Shown: positions 57,211 through 64,000 of the stretch, piece by piece
Layout: every line of letters starts with the position of its first letter
Position numbering within the stretch: position 1 is the stretch's first letter
Origin: Theionarchaea archaeon
GTDB taxonomy: Archaea; Methanobacteriota_B; Thermococci; Methanofastidiosales; SZ-28-30
Direction of reading: 5' to 3'
Assembly: GCA_018992685.1 (NCBI GenBank)
Contig: JACVGT010000011.1
Span: 1-64,000 of the forward strand
DNA length: 64,000 nucleotides
Position numbers and translations under genes: made by a program
Notes under the pieces: generated by a model
Databases searched by the model: none
The model's input: only the letters and a program-made list of their open reading frames with translations
What the model was told of the DNA's origin: nothing

Positions 57211-58551
57211 ATGCCTTACCTGCGAATAATCAAGACCTCAGTGATCAGAACGATTCCTCTGGGAGTGTACCTATGTGTCCCTCACGGGTTTGCGTCTGAA
57301 GCATACTATCCTGTGATGGAAGTTGACGAATCCATAAAAGAGGTTCTCACCCTCTGTGACGGGACACGAACTCGAGAGGATATCCTCAGTCACCTTGCTG
57401 CAGAAACTGGAGAATCTGTGGAGGAGGTGGCGGAAGGATTTGACCAGTTTGTGGAATACATGGTACAGGAGGGTGTACTGGAATGGAGAGAAGAACCGTC
57501 TCCTCTTGAGCCTCTTTACTTGAAGAATAGACCACTGGGGATTATCATGGAGATAACGTCCGACTGCAACCTGCAGTGCCCAATGTGTTATGCTGATTCA
57601 GGAACTGGGCACTCGTGCGATCTAGCGCTGGATGATGTGACCGCCATTGTTGAGGCATCTAAGAAAATGAGGTCAACGTCTCTCGTTATCACTGGAGGCG
57701 AGCCCCTCCTCCGGAAAGACCTGGTGATCTACATGCTGAAAGAGCTCTCCCCCGTAGAGACAGTGGACGTGGCTCTCTTTACAAATGGTACGCTCGTTAC
57801 CAGTGAATATGCACGAGACCTGTATGATGCAGGGCTAAGGCACGCTATTGTCAGTGTGGACGGACACACAGCAGAACTGAACGACAAAATACGAGGTCAT
57901 GGGGCTTTTGAGAAGACAATTCAAGGTATTCATTATCTCAGAGAACGTGGTATTCAAGTCAATGTTGTAACTACGATTTCTCAGACCAATTATCCATATA
58001 TGAAAGAGATCAGAGAGTTTACCTCCCAAATCGGAGACGGCAGCGGCTTGATCCCTGTTTCTCCTTTTGGAAGAGCTGCCCCGGAAATTCTCTTGACTCC
58101 AGAAGGAGTGTTCAGTGTCATGATGGCAAATCTTCCTCCTGGAGAACTTGAAATCAGTATCCCCCCTCGTGATAGATGCAATGTGGGACAGAGTGTTTAC
58201 ATTAGAGCTAACGGAGACGTCTTTCCCTGTGTGAATATGCAGATCCCTGAATTCAGGATGGGGAATATTCGAGAGGAAGATTTCTGGGAAATGTATCAAT
58301 CAGATCTGGTACGAAACCTCTTGCAACTGACAGTCAAGGACTTTGAGCAGTGCAGAGACTGTGATATTCGCTATTACTGCGGAGGCTCGTGTAGAGGGTT
58401 TGCTTACAAACTGAATGGCTCGTTGTACCTTCCAGACCCCTGGAATTGCGGGGCAAATAAGAAACTGACTGAAGAGATTTTGAAAAATGGTGGAGAGACT
58501 ACCAAGAAAGGACTCCGAGAGCTGCTAAAATCCACCAAGGAGTTACTATGA
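57211..58551 (+). CDS. Radical SAM/SPASM peptide maturase 1 with N-terminal PqqD-like RRE
   Basis: LCDGTRT..I (PqqD-like), CNLQCPMC and TGGEP. SPASM: C..G...GDVFPC...CRDC...CGGSC...C. Confidence 0.92.
   Translation: MPYLRIIKTSVIRTIPLGVYLCVPHGFASEAYYPVMEVDESIKEVLTLCDGTRTREDILSHLAAETGESVEEVAEGFDQFVEYMVQEGVLEWREEPSPLEPLYLKNRPLGIIMEITSDCNLQCPMCYADSGTGHSCDLALDDVTAIVEASKKMRSTSLVITGGEPLLRKDLVIYMLKELSPVETVDVALFTNGTLVTSEYARDLYDAGLRHAIVSVDGHTAELNDKIRGHGAFEKTIQGIHYLRERGIQVNVVTTISQTNYPYMKEIREFTSQIGDGSGLIPVSPFGRAAPEILLTPEGVFSVMMANLPPGELEISIPPRDRCNVGQSVYIRANGDVFPCVNMQIPEFRMGNIREEDFWEMYQSDLVRNLLQLTVKDFEQCRDCDIRYYCGGSCRGFAYKLNGSLYLPDPWNCGANKKLTEEILKNGGETTKKGLRELLKSTKELL
57331..57519 (+). repeat. Copy 1 of 189-nt near-identical RRE-coding segment
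   Basis: Matches 58837-59025 with about 9 mismatches and no gaps (manual alignment). Confidence 0.9.
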
Positions 58552-58716
58552 GGAAGAGATTTTTCATCATACCAGTCTGGTGAGAGATGAAGCCATCCGA
58601 GAGAAAGAGCCGAAAATAATAGACCTGTCCCGTTTCTTGGGAGTCCATGGAATTCCAGTGTATATTCCTGACTTTCTTCTTGGAATATAGGCTGGAACAT
58701 GTGCGGAGGTGATGAA

Positions 58717-60063
58717 ATGCAATATCTAAGAGTGACAAAGACACCAATCGTCAGAAGAATGCCGCTGGGAACATATGCATGTTTCCCTTCAGGGTTTCAA
58801 CTTGAATCCTTCTATCCAATAATGGAAATCGACGGATCCATAGAAGAGGTTCTCACCCTCTGTGATGGAACACGAACTCGAGAGGATATCCTCAACCACC
58901 TTGCTGCAGAAAGTGGAGAATCTGTGGAGGAGGTGGCGGAAGGATTTGACCAGTTTGTGGAGTACATGGTACAGGAGGGTGTACTGGAATGGAGAGAAGA
59001 ACCGTCTCTTGTTGAGCCTCTTTACAGAGAGAACAGACCCTTCAGTATCACCATAGACATTACATCAGCGTGCAACCTTCAATGTGACTTCTGTTCGGCT
59101 GATTCAGGGGCCCCACGGGGTGATGATCTGACAATGGAACATATCGACCCTCTTCTTGAGCAGGTGAAAAAGTGCAAACCCACGCCTTTTGCCATAAGCG
59201 GCGGAGAGCCCCTTCTCAAGAAGGAAATGGTACTCCACATTTTGGAAGAACTTGCTTCCATTAGAGAAACTGCTGTGACCATTTTTACTAACGCGACCCT
59301 GGTGAATAGAGATTATGCTCAACAGCTTTATGATGCAGGACTGAGATATGCACGAGTCAGTGTGGACGGGCACACAGCACAGGTGCACGATGCAATACGA
59401 GGAAAGGGAACGTTCCAGAAGACGACTCAGGGAATACAGTATCTGAGAGAGCTTGGCATTCACGTCAATACCGTGTCTGTGATTTCCAAGACGAACTATC
59501 AGTATCTGGGTGAGATCAGACACTTTGTTAATCACATTGCAGACAGCTATGGTCTTGCTGTTGTGCAGGAGTATGGAAGGGGTGCAGAGTCTGGGCACCT
59601 GCTTCTCAGTGAAGAAGAACGGTTCAATGTTAATATGTCCAATCTCAGAACAGAAAACATTCAGACGAATGTCAGCCCTCGAGACAGATGCAACGTAGGA
59701 GAGACCATCTACATCAGAGCCAATGGAGATATCTTTCCGTGCTTCTATCTTCAGTTCCCCGAATTCAGAGTGGGTAATATTAAGGAGAACGATCTCTTTG
59801 AAATCTACGAACACAAGATCATGAAGGACCTGTTGAAAATGACTGTTGCAGATATCGAGGAATGCCGGGAGTGCGAGATCCGGTACTACTGTGGAGGCGC
59901 ATGCAGAGGGTTTGCGTATCTGGAGCACAGCTCAGTTCACGTTCCAGATCCTCTGAACTGTGAAAAGAACAAAACGATCGTTCGCATGATTCTGGAAAAG
60001 GGTGAGGAGAATACGAAGCAACTGCTCAGAGAAGTGTTGGATTCAACTTCAGCACTGGGATAG
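58717..60063 (+). CDS. Radical SAM/SPASM peptide maturase 2 with N-terminal RRE
   Basis: CNLQCDFC and SGGEP. SPASM: DRC...GDIFPC...CREC...CGGAC...C. Start moved to ATG 58717, after ggaggtga. Confidence 0.92.
   Translation: MQYLRVTKTPIVRRMPLGTYACFPSGFQLESFYPIMEIDGSIEEVLTLCDGTRTREDILNHLAAESGESVEEVAEGFDQFVEYMVQEGVLEWREEPSLVEPLYRENRPFSITIDITSACNLQCDFCSADSGAPRGDDLTMEHIDPLLEQVKKCKPTPFAISGGEPLLKKEMVLHILEELASIRETAVTIFTNATLVNRDYAQQLYDAGLRYARVSVDGHTAQVHDAIRGKGTFQKTTQGIQYLRELGIHVNTVSVISKTNYQYLGEIRHFVNHIADSYGLAVVQEYGRGAESGHLLLSEEERFNVNMSNLRTENIQTNVSPRDRCNVGETIYIRANGDIFPCFYLQFPEFRVGNIKENDLFEIYEHKIMKDLLKMTVADIEECRECEIRYYCGGACRGFAYLEHSSVHVPDPLNCEKNKTIVRMILEKGEENTKQLLREVLDSTSALG
58837..59025 (+). repeat. 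Copy 2 of 189-nt near-identical RRE-coding segment
   Basis: Matches 57331-57519. Confidence 0.9.
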
Positions 60064-60105
60064 TTCTCTTTATTGCAGCAGTATCCATGGATCGAAGGGA
60101 GGGAC

Positions 60106-61461
60106 ATGAAGATGGATCATGTGAAGAAGCAATATCCTCGGGCTGTCCACCAGGTTGTCATCAGGCATACACGTGTTGGAGACTTCTTGATGTCAGGTGA
60201 CAGCTTGCTTGAAATGGATGGTCCGTCTCTTGAGGTAGTGAACTTGTGTGACGGTTGTCATACTGTCCAGGACATAGCAGAATGGGCAGCCAGAGAAGCA
60301 GACGAGCCTGTGGAAGAGGCGTATGAAGGGCTGATCCAGTTTCTGGACATGCTTTCAGGAGAAGGTGTCATTGTCTATAAGGATTCTCCAGACCCTTTCA
60401 ACCCTGTCTATTGCTATGATAGGCCGCTCTCTGTGATCTGGGAGATTACGTATGCATGCAATCAGCGGTGCAGGTACTGTATTGCTCAGGCTGGTACCCC
60501 TGATCCTGATGAACTCTCCCCACAGGAAATAGACAGAGTGCTGGACGAGCTGGTGGAACTTGGAATTGGGTTGATCAACATAACAGGAGGAGAGCCCCTA
60601 CTGAAAATGGATACTGCCCTTCACATAGCAAGGAGGGCCTCGGAGAATGGCATTGATCTCGAGCTGTTGACCAATGGAATGTTGATAACTTCCGACGTGG
60701 CTCAGAATATCTATGATGCAGGCATCCGGCATGCTCAGGTCAGTCTGGACTGTGTACGGCCAGAGGTTCATGATAACCAGAGGGGGGTGAAAGGTGCCTG
60801 GAAGAAAACTGTGAGTGGTATCCGAAACTTGAGAGATGCAGGAGTCAATGTCATGGCAGCGGCAGTCATGACCAGTGAAAACTTACAGTACTTTGAAGAG
60901 ACAAAGCAGTTTCTCAGGGAGATAGCTAATGTCGTCAAGATGGGTTCTGTTTTGCCAATGGGGCGGGGGGAGAACAGTATTTTTCTGCTCCCTCCTGAGG
61001 ACTATCTCACCTTTCTTAAATTGAGGAATACTGAAGAAGCCACGCTCACAGACTTCATTTTCTGCAGAGAGAAATGTTCTATAGGTACAACGCCTGTGAT
61101 TTCGCCACGGGGAGATGTGTATCCCTGCATGTTGACGAAATACGATGAACTGAAACTGGGAAATGTGAGGGATACGTCCATACACGCTATTTATGAGAAT
61201 TCTGATTTGCTTCAGGAGCTTTTCGACTGGAATGTGGACAAGGTAGATGCCTGCCATTCTTGTTGGAATCGCTACTACTGTGGAGGAGGGTGCAGGGGGT
61301 GCGCATTCGCATACCACGGGACTATTTATGGAAATGATCCATATCAATGTGCTGCCCGGAAGAAATTCGCTCGAGAGCTTCTTGTACGGGGAGATCCAGA
61401 AACTCGAAAAGCACTGAAACATCTAATCTTTTTAGCTAAGCATGACTCTGGTAGAGGATAA
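60106..61461 (+). CDS. Radical SAM/SPASM peptide maturase 3 with N-terminal RRE
   Basis: LCDGCHTV.DI, WEITYACNQRCRYC and TGGEP. SPASM: C..G...GDVYPC...CHSC...CGGGC...C. ATG 60106 follows gggagg. Confidence 0.92.
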   Translation: MKMDHVKKQYPRAVHQVVIRHTRVGDFLMSGDSLLEMDGPSLEVVNLCDGCHTVQDIAEWAAREADEPVEEAYEGLIQFLDMLSGEGVIVYKDSPDPFNPVYCYDRPLSVIWEITYACNQRCRYCIAQAGTPDPDELSPQEIDRVLDELVELGIGLINITGGEPLLKMDTALHIARRASENGIDLELLTNGMLITSDVAQNIYDAGIRHAQVSLDCVRPEVHDNQRGVKGAWKKTVSGIRNLRDAGVNVMAAAVMTSENLQYFEETKQFLREIANVVKMGSVLPMGRGENSIFLLPPEDYLTFLKLRNTEEATLTDFIFCREKCSIGTTPVISPRGDVYPCMLTKYDELKLGNVRDTSIHAIYENSDLLQELFDWNVDKVDACHSCWNRYYCGGGCRGCAFAYHGTIYGNDPYQCAARKKFARELLVRGDPETRKALKHLIFLAKHDSGRG

Positions 61462-61463
61462 CC

Positions 61464-62705
61464 ATGGCTGATTATGATATAACGGATGAGAGTGTAGTCA
61501 AATTCCATGACTTATTCAGAGGTGAAGAGGACGAATCCATCACCGTAGGAAGGCAGGATATCGGGAAGTATGTCAGTCTCCCCAGAGATGCTGTGGAGGT
61601 CATCGATCTCCTGGATTCAGGACAGAAGGTTGGGGAAGTCAAAAGAGTCCTGAAGGACAAATATGGAGAAGACGTGGAAATCGAAGAGTTCATTGAAGAC
61701 ATGATTAAGAACGAAATGGTGAGGTCAATAGATGGATTCGAGATGGTCACGACGTCAAAACTACAAAAAGACCTTTTCAGTAGAGTAACTGCTCGCCATG
61801 TGGGGTGGATGTTCTCGAAGGTAGCATGGGTCATGTATATTGGCATGGCTATCTCATGTCTCATCATTTTTGCCCTTATTCCTGATTATATTCCATCTCC
61901 ACGTGATTATTTCTTCCATCCGTTGTATTCTGTGGCTGTTGGCTTCATGTTTTTCCTTGGATGGATTTTTGTGGCTATTCACGAACTGGCGCATTTGTTT
62001 GCGGCAAAATCTGTGGGAATTGAAGGGAATTTCAGTTTGAGCAATCGGTTGATCTTCATCGTGGCGCAGACAAACCTGGGCAATATCTGGACCATCCCGC
62101 GCAGAAGACGATTTGTCATCTATCTTGCCGGCATGGCGTGGGATTCAACATTGGTATTCATCTGTCTAGTACTGCTCTTCTTGTCTGATCATGGAGTGAT
62201 AACGCTCTCAGTCCTCTTGTACAAGTTCGTGAAAGCAGTGATTTTTGCCAAGGTGTGGACAATAATCTGGCAGTTTAGATTCAACATGCAGACCGATATC
62301 TACTACTCCATTGCCAACTACTTCAGGTGCCGAAATTTATTGGGCGATGCTCAGACCTACATAAAGAATTACAGTTCCAGATTCTATTCCCGAATAAAAG
62401 AGGCCGACATGAGCGGCATACCGGGAGATGAAATGAGAGTAATCAAGTGGTATGCTCTTCTCTACTTCGTTGGCACATCCATAACATTGGCCAGCTACTT
62501 TCTGAGAAATTTGCCCCTTGTCCTGCTCCAGATAATGAAAGCATTTGATGGACTCGTGATAGGCTACTCAGCAAGCCATGCAGATTTCACTGACGCAGTG
62601 GTGCTCATAGTCTTGAATGCCTTCAGATACGGACTCTTAGGATTCGTTATTTTGAGACCAAGATGGAATTGGCTGAAGGAGCGGTTTGCGGGTGCAAGAG
62701 CTTGA
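61464..62705 (+). CDS. RRE/PqqD-like domain fused to M50-type (site-2-protease-like) membrane metallopeptidase
   Basis: Soluble N-terminal domain (IDLLDSG..V.EV...FIEDM..NEMV) followed by TM helices with HELAH, YLAG and FNMQTDIY. Confidence 0.8.
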   Translation: MADYDITDESVVKFHDLFRGEEDESITVGRQDIGKYVSLPRDAVEVIDLLDSGQKVGEVKRVLKDKYGEDVEIEEFIEDMIKNEMVRSIDGFEMVTTSKLQKDLFSRVTARHVGWMFSKVAWVMYIGMAISCLIIFALIPDYIPSPRDYFFHPLYSVAVGFMFFLGWIFVAIHELAHLFAAKSVGIEGNFSLSNRLIFIVAQTNLGNIWTIPRRRRFVIYLAGMAWDSTLVFICLVLLFLSDHGVITLSVLLYKFVKAVIFAKVWTIIWQFRFNMQTDIYYSIANYFRCRNLLGDAQTYIKNYSSRFYSRIKEADMSGIPGDEMRVIKWYALLYFVGTSITLASYFLRNLPLVLLQIMKAFDGLVIGYSASHADFTDAVVLIVLNAFRYGLLGFVILRPRWNWLKERFAGARA

Positions 62706-62980
62706 AAATCTATACTGCTTTGCCAATACCGGCATTTATATCTTCTTTCGGTCACTGGGTGAGCATAGGTTCTTGATGAGCCTGAAAGCTTGACTCTCAT
62801 TCGATGTTAATCTTCGAGAGGTTCCGCACAAGAAGGAGTGGAATCCTGCTGTCTGCGAGGTGACGCTGTGAAATCTCTGGAATATTCAACCTTTTTGCGT
62901 ATTCCTAATCAGGTCAAGTGTCCAGCAATTAAACCCAAATGCTTATAAGTAGATTGTAGTTTCCTAGAACTGAGTAATAG

Positions 62981-63478
62981 GTGACTCCCATGAATAGCAG
63001 GCTATTAACCTACATTGCAGTGTTCGGCGCACTGGGCGCTGCCCTTGGATGGATTTCCATTCCAGTAGGACCAACCAAAGTGTTTCCGCTGCAGCATACC
63101 ATAAACGCTGTATCCGGAATACTGATGGGACCGTGGGCTGTCATATCTTCTCTCATTGCAGCCACTGTCAGATTCTCAACCGGAACAGGGAGTATCTATG
63201 CATTCCCTGGAAGCCCTTTTGGGGCTTTGGTAGTCTCCTTGTTGTACAGACTTACAAAGAAAGATCTAGCAGCTCTGACTGAACCCTTGGGAACTGTGGG
63301 GATTGGTGCAACCCTGAGTGCGTTACTCATCGCTCCTTTCATCACAGAGAGTGCGCCCACTCTTTGGTTCTTTTGGACTGCCTTTGCAGCAAGCTGCATT
63401 CCCGGAGCTGTCCTGGGCTACTTCATCCTGAAAATTCTGAGGAGGTCGAATGTGGAGCTTTACAGACCTGGAGAATAA
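62981..63478 (+). CDS. thiW: ECF transporter S-component, ThiW (thiazole) type
   Basis: KVFPLQHTIN, GTGS.YAFPGS.FGA, EPLGT.GIGA and FAAS..PGA. Confidence 0.88.
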   Translation: MTPMNSRLLTYIAVFGALGAALGWISIPVGPTKVFPLQHTINAVSGILMGPWAVISSLIAATVRFSTGTGSIYAFPGSPFGALVVSLLYRLTKKDLAALTEPLGTVGIGATLSALLIAPFITESAPTLWFFWTAFAASCIPGAVLGYFILKILRRSNVELYRPGE

Positions 63479-63965
63479 GAAGACTCTTATCACTGGTGAG
63501 GTCCATACGGGGAAAACCTACCTAACCCAGACTCTGCTACAGGAAGCTGAATCCCTAACCAGGGATATAGCCGTCATTGATATGGCTCCGGAACCCACCA
63601 AAGGGGTGGGGGGAAAGCTTCATCCAACGTCATCCGAGACAGAATACTACACAACAGAAATACTAACACCCAGACTCTCAGGGAAAACTGCTCAAGAAGT
63701 CATTCAGCTAGCAGAAACTAACAAGGAACGAATAGATGTCCTTTTTCAGAATTACATCCCGCGTGCCATTCTGTTCATCAACGACGTTTCTATCTATCTC
63801 CAGAGAGGAAGTGTCAGAACTGTTCTTCACACTATATCTTCCTCACGAACTGTCATCATGAATGGGTATCTGGGCACAAGCCTGGGAGAAGACCCATTTT
63901 CTCAGAAGGAGAGAGAATCCATGCTCAATTTACAGAAATCTTGTGATATACTAATCAGGAGGTGA
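63450..63965 (+). CDS. Small P-loop NTPase
   Basis: LITGEVHTGKT, VIDMAP and LFINDVS. Confidence 0.7.
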   Translation: MWSFTDLENKKTLITGEVHTGKTYLTQTLLQEAESLTRDIAVIDMAPEPTKGVGGKLHPTSSETEYYTTEILTPRLSGKTAQEVIQLAETNKERIDVLFQNYIPRAILFINDVSIYLQRGSVRTVLHTISSSRTVIMNGYLGTSLGEDPFSQKERESMLNLQKSCDILIRR

Positions 63966-63969
63966 TCTT

Positions 63970-64000
63970 ATGGAAAGAATATCTGCACAGGAGAGAAATT
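63970..64000 (+). CDS. 5' end of a CDS truncated by the window edge (MERISAQERN...)
   Basis: RBS ggaggtga followed by ATG and an open frame to the window end. Confidence 0.55.
   Translation, partial: MERISAQERN

Noticed and set aside
58548-58620. Two micro-ORFs (MRKRFFIIPVW, MKPSERKSRK) between rSAM1 and rSAM2
   Set aside because: They are only 10-11 aa, with no leader motif and no convincing RBS.
62706-62980. TPP riboswitch upstream of thiW
   Set aside because: The conserved GCTGAGA and CCTGAT...TAATxCC...GGGA elements are absent. A TATA box (cttataag) sits close to the start codon, leaving little leader.

Overview
This is an archaeal chromosomal window. Evidence: rpl21e-rpo4-DUF655, rpl10e, NAC, archaeal-type ProRS/ArgRS, TATA/BRE promoters and oligo-T terminators. 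The gene content suggests an anaerobic peptide-fermenting euryarchaeon (Theionarchaea-like; inference only). It contains a pilin/adhesin operon, three KaiC-like ATPases plus a PAS/GAF-DUF835 sensor, CoA genes, AMP phosphorylase, a Trx-CcdA module, peptidases, a dpp/opp ABC operon, an acetate/acyl-CoA cluster and a GH10 lipoprotein. The main find is a compact candidate RiPP cluster at about 56970-62705. It has an unannotated 32-aa precursor ORF (57029-57127, MKFNVRKLETVSTTVAAADDVVPWKEAKLQCL) with its own promoter, RBS and T-rich terminator. Downstream are three RRE-bearing radical SAM/SPASM enzymes and an RRE-fused M50-type membrane peptidase. Two of the rSAM genes share a 189-nt RRE-coding segment that is about 95% identical. 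No rRNA, tRNA, CRISPR array or transposase was recognised. All calls were made by eye, without database searches.
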